Positions 18,398 to 27,249 of a DNA stretch of 32,000 nucleotides are shown here, piece by piece. Made by a program: the position numbers and the translations under genes. The stretch lies in the NCBI GenBank assembly GCA_964453645.1, contig CAYVRJ010000001.1:106301-138300 (forward strand), in the 5' to 3' direction. Origin of the DNA: an uncultured Clostridia bacterium (GTDB lineage Bacteria > Bacillota > Clostridia > Christensenellales > JAWKQI01). A model generated the notes under the pieces. That model had not been told where the DNA came from, searched no databases, and saw only the letters and a program-made list of their open reading frames with translations. Numbering within the stretch: position 1 is the stretch's first letter; every line of letters begins with the position of its first letter.

Positions 18398-19732
18398 ATG
18401 AACATAGTATTATTATCGGGGGGGTCGGGCAAGCGGCTGTGGCCTTTGTCCAACGAAACTCGCTCCAAACAGTTTCTTAAATTATTGAGCACAGACAGTG
18501 GGGAAAAGCAGTCCATGATTCAACGGGTGTTTTCCCAGATCAAAGAGGCAGGCCTTGATAAAAGCCTCACGGTGACCACCAGCAGCACCCAGGAGAGTGC
18601 CATCGTTGGCCAAATCGGGGACAGTGCCAACATCGTCATCGAGCCGGAGAGGCGGGACACTTTTCCCGCAATCGCACTGGCGTGTTGTTATTTAAAGTTT
18701 AACAAATGCTTGTCCGACGACGAAGTGGTGATCGTTATGCCCGTGGATCCCTATGTGGACATCGATTATTTTCATAAGTTCCAAGAATTAAAGGACGGTG
18801 TAAACACCAATCAGTACGACATTGTGCTCATGGGTGTGACACCCACCTACCCTTCGGAGAAGTATGGATACATTCAGCCAAAGGCGGGGGGAAGTTTGCG
18901 GGAAGTGGATAGATTCAAAGAAAAACCCACCGTAGCCCAGGCCGAAGAGTTAATTGCTGGGGGTGCACTGTGGAACTGTGGGGTGTTTGCCTTTAAGCTT
19001 GGTTATATGATGAACGTCCTTGCAAAGTATATGGATGTCTCGTCCTATGAAGAGGTGTATGAAAACTATCACCTGCTCAACAAAAACAGTATGGACTACG
19101 AAGTGGTGGAAAAGGCGAAGCGGATTGGCCTCATAACCTACGACGGCAGATGGATGGACATGGGCACGTGGAACACCTTAGCCGAAGAGATGGGTGCAAA
19201 CACCATCGGCAGGGTCACTTTATCCCAAAACTCTAAGAACACCCACGTGATCAACGAGCTGAGCATTCCCGTGGTGGTCATCGGTGCTAAGGATATGATC
19301 GTTGCTGCAAACTACGACGGCATTCTGGTGAGCGACAAGGAGCAGAGTTCCTATTTGAAAGAGTATTTGAGCGATGTAAACAATCGCCCCATGTTTGAGG
19401 AGAGAGCGTGGGGCAGATATAAGGTGTTGGAGCTGTTTTCTTTGGGAAACGGCAACAAATCCTTAACAAAACATTTGTTTGTCAAACAGGGTAAGAAGCT
19501 GAGTTATCAAATGCACAGGCTGAGGCAAGAAATTTGGACGATTATTTCGGGCACAGGTATTTTCACCATGGACGGAATGAACAGTTCGGTGAAGGCGGGA
19601 GACGTGTTCACCATTGACATCGGCAAAAAACACACCATTCAAGCGCTCACAGACTTGGAATTGATCGAAGTGCAACTGGGTAAAGAGTTAGAGGAAAATG
19701 ATATCATTCGCTTTGAGGAGGAATCGATTTGA
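18398..19732 (+). CDS. manC: Mannose-1-phosphate guanylyltransferase / mannose-6-phosphate isomerase (type II PMI-GMP)
   Basis: MNIVLLSGGSGKRLWPLSNETRSKQFLKLL (GMP signature), FKEKPTV, and a C-terminal cupin region ERAWGRYKVLELF... LSYQMHRLRQEIWTIISGTG. Start moved to the ATG at 18398. Confidence 0.94.
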   Translation: MNIVLLSGGSGKRLWPLSNETRSKQFLKLLSTDSGEKQSMIQRVFSQIKEAGLDKSLTVTTSSTQESAIVGQIGDSANIVIEPERRDTFPAIALACCYLKFNKCLSDDEVVIVMPVDPYVDIDYFHKFQELKDGVNTNQYDIVLMGVTPTYPSEKYGYIQPKAGGSLREVDRFKEKPTVAQAEELIAGGALWNCGVFAFKLGYMMNVLAKYMDVSSYEEVYENYHLLNKNSMDYEVVEKAKRIGLITYDGRWMDMGTWNTLAEEMGANTIGRVTLSQNSKNTHVINELSIPVVVIGAKDMIVAANYDGILVSDKEQSSYLKEYLSDVNNRPMFEERAWGRYKVLELFSLGNGNKSLTKHLFVKQGKKLSYQMHRLRQEIWTIISGTGIFTMDGMNSSVKAGDVFTIDIGKKHTIQALTDLELIEVQLGKELEENDIIRFEEESI

Positions 19733-20607
19733 AAGTAGTATTGATGGACGGCGGGCTGGGCAACCAAATGTTTCAATATATATTTGCACGGTTTGTGGAA
19801 CTGTATTCGGGCGAACCCGTTTTTATCGACGATGCATTCTTTTTCTACGCAGACTTACACAACGGGTATGAAGTGGAAAAGGTGTTTCCCAACGCAAAAC
19901 CAAGGCTGCTCAGCAAAGAGTTTAGCCCCGGAACGTGGGATCAAATTGTGCAGTATGTAAAGAACGAGGCAGCGTTTCCCGAATTTATGAACAACGGTGG
20001 CAACAATTTCTTTGTTGTTTTTGAAAGTGGCGACATTCGTTATACTGGTAATATGGTGAAAGTGCCAGCCAACCAGTTTACCCCCGATATCGCCATCACC
20101 CAGGGTAATGTCTATTACTTTGGCTATTGGATCAACAAGAGGTGGTTGTCAAGTATTGCAGATTCAATAATGAGGGAGTTGGAGTTTCCGCCCATCCCCG
20201 GTGCACACAACCAAGACTATACAAGGTTGATTGAGAAAACCAATTCCGTTGCAGTACACATCCGCAGGGGAGATTTTGTGGATATAAAGTGGACGTTAGA
20301 GGACTCCTTTTATTTTAACTCCATAAAGGAAATCGCCCATAGGGTGGACAATCCAACATTTTTCATCTTTTCGGACGATCTCAACTGGTGCAGGGAAAAC
20401 AGCGAAGGATTGGGTTTTGAATTTGCAAAGGGAAATCTGGTGTATGTGGAGGGTAACATGGACAAACAAAACAACTATGTGGACATGCAGCTCATGTCTA
20501 TGTGCAAGCACATGGTCATCGCCAACAGTTCCTTTAGTTATTTGGCAGCCCTGCTCAACAGAAATGAAAACAAACTCATTGCCAATCCCACAGCACGGGA
20601 GCTTTAA
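19729..20607 (+). CDS. Glycosyltransferase family 11 (alpha-1,2-fucosyltransferase-like, possible colitosyltransferase)
   Basis: GGLGNQMFQYIFARFVEL N-terminus and the HIRRGDFV motif characteristic of GT11; TTG start overlapping the manC stop (TTGA). Confidence 0.9.
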   Translation: MKVVLMDGGLGNQMFQYIFARFVELYSGEPVFIDDAFFFYADLHNGYEVEKVFPNAKPRLLSKEFSPGTWDQIVQYVKNEAAFPEFMNNGGNNFFVVFESGDIRYTGNMVKVPANQFTPDIAITQGNVYYFGYWINKRWLSSIADSIMRELEFPPIPGAHNQDYTRLIEKTNSVAVHIRRGDFVDIKWTLEDSFYFNSIKEIAHRVDNPTFFIFSDDLNWCRENSEGLGFEFAKGNLVYVEGNMDKQNNYVDMQLMSMCKHMVIANSSFSYLAALLNRNENKLIANPTAREL

Positions 20608-20630
20608 ATATATTTTGTAAGGAGTGTCAC

Positions 20631-21983
20631 ATGGAAAAGAAAAAGAGAAAAGGACTAATTTTGATCATACTGCTGGGCCTTGTTGTGGTGATTGCAGGGT
20701 ATTTTTTAATCAACAGCTACATCAAGAGCCTGCCGGTATTTCAGTATGTAAACGGAACAAATACACAAATTGAATATCCCGACGCAAACTTTGCTGTGAT
20801 CAGCGATCTGCACATGTACGACCCTTCCCTGGGCACCGAAGGTGAGGCCTTTGATGAAGTGATGAACAGTGACAGAAAATTGCTGCTCAACAGCGAAGAG
20901 CTGCTGGATCTGGCGGTTGAACGCATTTTGGAATCCAAGGTGGATTTTGTGCTCATCCCCGGGGATATCACCAAGGACGGCGAGGTGGTGAACCATCAAA
21001 TTGCCGCAAACAAGCTGCAAGTCTTGGAGGACAACGGCATTCAGGTCTATGTGGTGCCCGGCAACCACGACATCAACAACCCGGACAGCAAGTCCTTTGC
21101 GGGCAGTAGTGCAACAAACGTGCCCAGCATCACCCCCGAAGACTTTAAACGGGTGTACGGAGGGTTTGGCTACGACAGCGCACTGTTTAAAGACGAAAAC
21201 ACTTTGAGTTACGCAACAGAGCCAATAGAGGGGCTATACATCTTAGGTTTGGACGGTTGCCAATACAATGTGGAAGGCCAGCGGAACCACAGCATCACCG
21301 GGGCGAAATATAACCAATCCACCATCGACTGGATCACCCAAACCGTTGCATATGCCCAGCAAAACGGCAAGGCCGTCATCGTCCTCTCCCACCACGGCAT
21401 TGTGGAGCACTGGAAGGGGCAGAGTTCCCTTCACCCCGAATATTTAACTCACGACTACCGTTATGTGGGTGAATTGTTGGCATCCTACAACGTGCGGTTG
21501 GCTTTTACAGGCCATTACCACGCACAGGACATTGTGCGGGGGGATTTTAACCAAGGTTTTCTCTACGACATTGAAACGGGTTCCCTGGTGACAGCCCCGT
21601 GCCCCGTGCGGTACGTTTCCATTGAAAACGGTGCTGCCACTGTGCGGACGGAAACGCTGGTGGATCAGCTGCACCCAGGCACAGACTTTGAAAAAAATGC
21701 AACGGATTTTGTGAAAAAGACAGTGGTGTTGGAGGCGTTTGCCACCCTTAAGAAATACTTGGTGTCCGACGAAGATGCCAACTACATTGCAAATCTGGTG
21801 GGGGATGCCTTTGTTGCCCACTACAGCGGAAATGAAGATCCAAGCCAGCGCATTATGGTGGATCAAAGTAAACTAAACTTGTGGGGCCAAATAGTCTATG
21901 CAACCCAGGGTTATGCCTTGGATGGCCTGTGGAACGACTTGCCCCCGCAGGACAGGGAGGCAGTGCTGCCGCTCAATCAATAA
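20631..21983 (+). CDS. Metallophosphoesterase (calcineurin-like), membrane-anchored or exported
   Basis: N-terminal hydrophobic segment; motifs AVISDLHMYD, VLIPGDITKDGE, VPGNHDIN, VLSHHG, FTGHYHAQD; AAGGAG RBS. Confidence 0.9.
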   Translation: MEKKKRKGLILIILLGLVVVIAGYFLINSYIKSLPVFQYVNGTNTQIEYPDANFAVISDLHMYDPSLGTEGEAFDEVMNSDRKLLLNSEELLDLAVERILESKVDFVLIPGDITKDGEVVNHQIAANKLQVLEDNGIQVYVVPGNHDINNPDSKSFAGSSATNVPSITPEDFKRVYGGFGYDSALFKDENTLSYATEPIEGLYILGLDGCQYNVEGQRNHSITGAKYNQSTIDWITQTVAYAQQNGKAVIVLSHHGIVEHWKGQSSLHPEYLTHDYRYVGELLASYNVRLAFTGHYHAQDIVRGDFNQGFLYDIETGSLVTAPCPVRYVSIENGAATVRTETLVDQLHPGTDFEKNATDFVKKTVVLEAFATLKKYLVSDEDANYIANLVGDAFVAHYSGNEDPSQRIMVDQSKLNLWGQIVYATQGYALDGLWNDLPPQDREAVLPLNQ

Positions 21984-21998
21984 AGGAATAAACATACA

Positions 21999-22035
21999 GT
22001 CGGCAGGTTTTTAGCCTTGCCGACTTATTTGTTTA
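21999..22035 (+). terminator. Rho-independent terminator after the metallophosphoesterase
   Basis: GTCGGCAGG-tttttag-CCTTGCCGAC stem (one bulge) followed by ttatttgttt. Confidence 0.6.
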
Positions 22036-22079
22036 TAATACATTCATAATAGATTTCCATTATTTTTTTATTTGCATGA

Positions 22080-22108
22080 TTGACTTTTTTACAATAAAAT
22101 CATACAAT
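22080..22108 (+). promoter_or_regulatory. Sigma-A-type promoter for the HD-GYP gene
   Basis: TTGACT (22080-22085), 17 nt spacer, TACAAT (22103-22108). Confidence 0.65.
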
Positions 22109-22171
22109 ATTATTGACGTTTTTCACCAGAAAGGAATGAGCTTAAAAGGAATGGATAAGGAGAATCAAATC

Positions 22172-23248
22172 GTGCACTTACGACCGATTTCTATTGAATA
22201 TTTAAAAGCAGGTATGCAGGTTCCCGACGATGTATACAATCACACGGGTAAATTGCTTTTGATTCCCAAGGGTTCATTGCTGACAGATACCATGTTGCTG
22301 CGGTTAAAGCGCCACAACGATGAGAATAAGAACATATGCGTTTCACCCATGCTGCACCGGGATTTATTGCAAAGTGATCTGCCCGAAAAGTTTGAACAAT
22401 CCTATATCGAGGACAGCATCGGTTATACCGAAACCAAGGAGCAAACCCAAGAGCTGTTCAGCGATGTGGAACACGGCAGCAGTGTGTCAAAGCAACAGGC
22501 GGAGCAGGTGTTTTTTGGCCTGTCCGAAAAATTAGCAACGGTGGATCCTTCCATCATATTTCAATGCGTAAACGGCAAAAACGATATCGACGAATACTTA
22601 TATAGGCACAGTGCCAACGTTGCACTCATCAACGGGTTGATCGGCAAGTGGCTGAATCTGCCCCAAATGGACATCGACATGCTGGTTATGGCGGGATTAC
22701 TCCACGATATCGGCAAAGCGAAGATTCCCCCGGCCATCCTCCACGCACCGCGAAAGCTCACCCCCAAGGAGTTTGAAATTATGAAACTCCACTCGGTGTA
22801 TTCTTTCGATTTGGTTTCGGAACAGAAGTTTAACAGTGCCATCCTCACGGCTGTGCGCCACCACCACGAAAAGATGAACGGTTCGGGTTACCCCGATCAC
22901 TTAAGTGCAGAGGAGATTTCCCTGTATGCCCGGATCACCGCCGTATCCGATGTGTACGACGCCATGGTTTCCAAGCGGTGTTATAAGGAAGCACACAGCC
23001 CCTTTGCGATTCTTGCTCAAATGGCCAAGCAGCGTCTGTCCGAGCTGGATATGCGCATTGTGGGTATATTTACCGACCTCATGCCCTATCAGCTTGTGGG
23101 TAAATCGGTGCTGATGTCCGACGGTTCAGTGGGCACAATCAAACACATTATGAACAACAAACCCGAATTCCCCTTGGTGGAGATCAACGGCGTGGTCGTT
23201 GCCACCAACAACAACCTGTACTGCTCGCGCATGATCTTTGACGAATAG
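22172..23248 (+). CDS. HD-GYP domain protein (putative c-di-GMP phosphodiesterase)
   Basis: HDIGKAKIPPAIL and HHHEKMNGSGYPDHLSAEEISLYARITAVSDVYDAM. The ORF track opens at 22076, upstream of the predicted promoter; GTG 22172 has an AAGGAG RBS with a 9 nt spacer (ATG 22136 and 22151 are alternatives). Confidence 0.87.
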   Translation: MHLRPISIEYLKAGMQVPDDVYNHTGKLLLIPKGSLLTDTMLLRLKRHNDENKNICVSPMLHRDLLQSDLPEKFEQSYIEDSIGYTETKEQTQELFSDVEHGSSVSKQQAEQVFFGLSEKLATVDPSIIFQCVNGKNDIDEYLYRHSANVALINGLIGKWLNLPQMDIDMLVMAGLLHDIGKAKIPPAILHAPRKLTPKEFEIMKLHSVYSFDLVSEQKFNSAILTAVRHHHEKMNGSGYPDHLSAEEISLYARITAVSDVYDAMVSKRCYKEAHSPFAILAQMAKQRLSELDMRIVGIFTDLMPYQLVGKSVLMSDGSVGTIKHIMNNKPEFPLVEINGVVVATNNNLYCSRMIFDE

Positions 23249-23256
23249 GAAATACA

Positions 23257-23469
23257 ATGAATCAAAATACGGAAGGTAAGAAGAATAGATATTTTGCCTT
23301 TGTCATTGTGGCATTGGCACTGGCGCTGGTTGTCACTTTAGTCAACGCCATGGGTATTATCCAAGGGTTGACAGAACAAGTGACCAACTTAAGAAACGAA
23401 GTCCACCAACTGCGGGTGGAGATAAACGACCTGGACAACTACATCTACGATTTGGTGCAGCAAAGATAA
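23257..23469 (+). CDS. Small single-pass membrane protein with C-terminal coiled coil
   Basis: 70 aa: one hydrophobic helix (YFAFVIVALALALVVTLVNAMG), then heptad-like VTNLRNEVHQLRVEINDLDNYIYDL; positioned 8 nt after the HD-GYP stop. Confidence 0.6.
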   Translation: MNQNTEGKKNRYFAFVIVALALALVVTLVNAMGIIQGLTEQVTNLRNEVHQLRVEINDLDNYIYDLVQQR

Positions 23470-23505
23470 TACGTGATTTGTTTTTGATTTTTATGGGGTA
23501 CTGAT

Positions 23506-25590
23506 ATGAAAAAAATACTGTTGTTGCTATTTATTGGCGTTGCTATCTTTTGTGGTTGCGGAATTTTTGTTGATCCTGCGGCAACTGCGAAAGATTTTTT
23601 GCATGCCATCGCCAGCCGCAACTTTGCAAAAGCCTACGACCTCACGTGGTATTATTCCCCTCAGCGGTATTCCAAGGAAGAATTTGTGGCAAAATACACC
23701 AGCATCTTTTCGGGGTTGCAGGTCTCAGACATTACCTATTCCAACGAACAACTAAACGACGATGGGACTCAACTGACCTATACATACGACGCAGTGTATC
23801 ACACGAAATACGGAGAGTTTGAAGGGCAATACACAATGATGCTGGCCATCACCGAAGAGGGTTATGCCGTTGATTATGCGCCCAATTTAATATTACCCGA
23901 AATGGAATTCGGCGATACCATTCGGGTATCCACTCAAAATGCCAACAGGGGGGAGATATTCACCCAAGATCATTACGTTCTGGCGAAAAACACCTACGCA
24001 TACACCGTCTTTTTGCAGGTGGCAGAGGTGGAAAACATTGACGAAACGTCCCTGGGATTGAGTGCATATGTAGATATTTCCGCAATGGATATTGTGGAGA
24101 GGTATGACTATGCAAAAAAGAACGGGTATGAAGTGGCAATTGTCAAATCGTTTCAGCAGTTAGACAGTGCTTTGATGGAAAAAATTACAGCCATTCAAGG
24201 GGTTGCGGTGGACGCCCAGGGTATGACCCCCCTTCGCTACTACGAAGAGAACAGTGCAGCCGCACATCTAACGGGTTATGCCACGGCAGCCCAAAAGGAA
24301 GATTTGGAAAAGCTGTCCATGAGGGAAGGAAAACCGCCTGCCTTTGTGGGGCGAACGGGACTGGAGGGGGAGTTTAACGAAGAATTGTCCGAGCAAAGGG
24401 GGATACTGGTGGCTTTGGTGGACGAATCGGGCAGCGTGAAGCGAACGCTCTACGAAGAACAGCCAAAGCATGGGGCAGACGTTTGGCTCAATATCGATGG
24501 CGACTTGCAGGAGCGAGCGTATTTAGCCTTAGCCCAGTATGTGGACGAAACCCAGGGCGGTTGTGCCGTGGTGCTCAACGCAGATACGGGAGCAGTGCTC
24601 TGTGCGGCTTCCTATCCCTCCTTTGACCCAAACAAGTTTACCTTAGGGGTGGCAAAGGACTACTGGGACAGTTTAATGGAAAACAAATTAACCCCCCTGT
24701 ACTCTCGGTTTTCACAGGGCAGGTATCCACCGGGGTCTACGTTTAAACCCTTCACCATCGTTCCCGCTCTGGACAGCGGGGTCATCACCACCAACTCCGT
24801 CTTTCCCGCAACCGAACGGGTTGTGGACAGGCGGTGGACGCCCTCCTTCGAGCGAAACTGGTATTTTCCCCCCATTACAAGGAAAGACCCGTTGACACTG
24901 GAGCCGACCTTGGAGAACTGCATGATCGTGTCCGACAACATTTTCTTTGCCTATGCCATGCTCAAGCTGGGGGAAGACAAGTTGATGGACTATCTGCACA
25001 AAATTGGGATGGACAAGCCCCTGGACTTTGCCCTGCCCTTGGGAAAACCCAACATACTAAACGCCGAAGAAAATTTAACACGCAAGATGTTGGCAGACAT
25101 GGGTTATGGTCAGGGGGAGTTGCTCATCACGCCCGTCCAGTTGGCAGCTATGTTCACAGCCTTTGTCAACGACGGAGATATATTAACGCCCCAACTGGTG
25201 AATAAAATATCCATCAGCAGGGACGGAAAGGAAGAGATACTTCAGGAATTTGGCAGGGAAGTGGCTGTTGCAGATGTTATATCGGCTTCAGCACGAAAGA
25301 CCCTGCTTCCCATATTAAAAAAGGTAATGGAACCCGGCGGAACGGGCAGCCCCTCCCGGGTGAGCGGAAAGACCCTGGCGGGTAAGACGGGCACCGCACA
25401 GCTTGGGGGAGAGCAGGAGATCGGTTGGATTGTCACCTTTGAAACGGAGGGGCAAGACCGTCGGTTGGTTTTGGTGATGGTGGACGGCCCTGCCCGTTTG
25501 GGTGCAACGAAGTTTGCCATTGCTAAGGAACTCATGTCGTATCAGAACCTGCCCGAAACACCTCCGGATACAACACCCAACGAAGACTAA
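23506..25590 (+). CDS. Class B penicillin-binding protein (PBP2a-like, NTF2-like N-terminal domain plus transpeptidase)
   Basis: Transpeptidase motifs PGSTFKPF (SxxK), VSDN (SxN), GKTGTAQ (KTG); N-terminal AKDFLHAIASRNFAKAYDLTWYYSPQRYSKEEF resembles the MecA_N/NTF2-like domain. Confidence 0.9.
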   Translation: MKKILLLLFIGVAIFCGCGIFVDPAATAKDFLHAIASRNFAKAYDLTWYYSPQRYSKEEFVAKYTSIFSGLQVSDITYSNEQLNDDGTQLTYTYDAVYHTKYGEFEGQYTMMLAITEEGYAVDYAPNLILPEMEFGDTIRVSTQNANRGEIFTQDHYVLAKNTYAYTVFLQVAEVENIDETSLGLSAYVDISAMDIVERYDYAKKNGYEVAIVKSFQQLDSALMEKITAIQGVAVDAQGMTPLRYYEENSAAAHLTGYATAAQKEDLEKLSMREGKPPAFVGRTGLEGEFNEELSEQRGILVALVDESGSVKRTLYEEQPKHGADVWLNIDGDLQERAYLALAQYVDETQGGCAVVLNADTGAVLCAASYPSFDPNKFTLGVAKDYWDSLMENKLTPLYSRFSQGRYPPGSTFKPFTIVPALDSGVITTNSVFPATERVVDRRWTPSFERNWYFPPITRKDPLTLEPTLENCMIVSDNIFFAYAMLKLGEDKLMDYLHKIGMDKPLDFALPLGKPNILNAEENLTRKMLADMGYGQGELLITPVQLAAMFTAFVNDGDILTPQLVNKISISRDGKEEILQEFGREVAVADVISASARKTLLPILKKVMEPGGTGSPSRVSGKTLAGKTGTAQLGGEQEIGWIVTFETEGQDRRLVLVMVDGPARLGATKFAIAKELMSYQNLPETPPDTTPNED

Positions 25591-27080
25591 CTGGCGATGA
25601 TCAGCACCTTTTGCCCCTCGTAGAGGTTGTCGGAGATATCGGGGTTTAGCTCCATAATCTGCTTTTCGGTGGTGCGATATTTTTTAGCCACATCGAAGGT
25701 TGAGTCCTTGCCGTTTGCAAAATATATGAATATACCCGCATTCTTTTCGACTTTTTCACCGGTATCCGTTGCTCCCACGGCAACTTCCATCTCTTCGCAG
25801 GCATAAACCTGTATCTGGAAGTCTAGCGTACAGCTGACGTTCACTTTGCCGTCGGCAATTTCGCCCTTGGCATCCCGCACCCCACAGCGGATGGCACACT
25901 TGTTGTCTTCTTCCATGCCGCCAATGGGCAGTTCATAGGCGAAGGGTGCCTCTAACTTGCGGCACATGAGGGAGTCTCCCTGCATAAAGAATGCATAGAT
26001 GTCGGCCATACCCTCCAGCGAAACGCTGTCTTTGGAACACTGTTTCCACAAAATCAAGGGTCGAAGCATGACAACCGTTTCACCGCTGTCTACTCCCGAA
26101 ATGTCACTGGACAGCTGGGTTTCTTTACTCAGGCTCACCCCAAAGGAATCGTAGGTGTGGGTGTGGTTTTGCTTGGATATCTCAATGACCGTATCTTGGC
26201 AGTATGCGTCGCAGGTGATCTCCACGGTCTCTTTGCCGCAGAGGGTGAGCTTAATGGAGAGCATGGCTTCGATGCAGATTAAATTGCTCTCGCCTTCGAT
26301 GGCAACGGCGTTCAGCTCATCTATGTTGGCTTCCACCCGGGCGTAATCGCCCTCTTGGTAGTTCTCCAGGGTGAACAGTTGTTCAAAGGGAATGGCTGCG
26401 GTGTGGGTGCACAGGGGGGCAGATTCATTACCCGTGCGCATGAGCACGTTTACCACCATTTCTCCCGTGACTACGGCAGAGTTTTCGTCGAACATAATGT
26501 CACAGCCCTTGGCGTAGCCGTGCAGGTTTACAATATCTTCAATACTCATGGGCAGTTTTACATCTTCTCGAATGGGCACCATGCGGGTTTTCACATCTCG
26601 GATAAAGCTGACATTTTTTAAGCTGGACTTGGTGATCAGGTTTTGATCCCGGGCGTCCAGTGCCACTTGTCGCTGATTGTTCACAGCAGAAGCGTTGATG
26701 TCGATGGCACTTTTTAGATAAATCTCACGAGGCCCTCCCTGCACACTCTCGCAGTCGGAAACACCCACCCAAACGGACAAGATGGAGTCGGGCAGTACGC
26801 CGTTGGTCTCCACCGTGGTTTTAAACGCAGCTGTGGCGCTAAAGGAACAACAGGTGTCTTGCACAGAGAGGTAACAAATGGTATACACCACATTGCCGTC
26901 CATGAGGATGCGGCCGTGGGTTGGCTCCGCAGAGAGCAGCCTTGCCCGGGCATCGGCCATGAGCACTTGCTTAATGTCGGGCAGCGTGGGGGGAGGAGAG
27001 AGTTTGGCTTCGTTTATCGCTTGTGTCGCAAACTCCATCATTTCGCCCAAAAAACATAACTCCTTCATATTTATATCCAT
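25587..27080 (-). CDS. SPOCS (DUF3794) domain protein with C-terminal LysM domain; probable spore/envelope protein
   Basis: 497 aa; repeated SPOCS-like segments plus a C-terminal LysM (YRTTEKQIMELNPDISDNLYEGQKVLII). Confidence 0.83.
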   Translation of the reverse strand: MDINMKELCFLGEMMEFATQAINEAKLSPPPTLPDIKQVLMADARARLLSAEPTHGRILMDGNVVYTICYLSVQDTCCSFSATAAFKTTVETNGVLPDSILSVWVGVSDCESVQGGPREIYLKSAIDINASAVNNQRQVALDARDQNLITKSSLKNVSFIRDVKTRMVPIREDVKLPMSIEDIVNLHGYAKGCDIMFDENSAVVTGEMVVNVLMRTGNESAPLCTHTAAIPFEQLFTLENYQEGDYARVEANIDELNAVAIEGESNLICIEAMLSIKLTLCGKETVEITCDAYCQDTVIEISKQNHTHTYDSFGVSLSKETQLSSDISGVDSGETVVMLRPLILWKQCSKDSVSLEGMADIYAFFMQGDSLMCRKLEAPFAYELPIGGMEEDNKCAIRCGVRDAKGEIADGKVNVSCTLDFQIQVYACEEMEVAVGATDTGEKVEKNAGIFIYFANGKDSTFDVAKKYRTTEKQIMELNPDISDNLYEGQKVLIIAS

Positions 27081-27249
27081 TTTCTACACCCTTTCATATA
27101 CAGTTTGTTTATATATACTTGGATGCTTTTTAAATTATGCAATGAAAATTTTTTGCCAAAAACTTCTTTGCAACAAAAAATACAAGGCTGCACAAAATAA
27201 ATCGAGGAAATCTATAATATAAATAGGATAGAATAAATAAGGAGAGCTG

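Noticed and set aside
21444-21866. 140-aa antisense ORF within the metallophosphoesterase
   Set aside because: Overlaps conserved catalytic motif coding on the other strand; His/Val-rich shadow translation with no family signature.
20631-21983. Metallophosphoesterase as a defence-system nuclease
   Set aside because: It has a hydrophobic N-terminal anchor and sits beside cell-surface sugar genes with no defence partners, so an envelope or extracytoplasmic role fits better.
27168-27196. TTGCAA as a -35 for ytxC
   Set aside because: The hexamer 17 nt downstream (CACAAA) does not resemble a -10, and the nearby TATAAT at 27213 is spaced too far from it.
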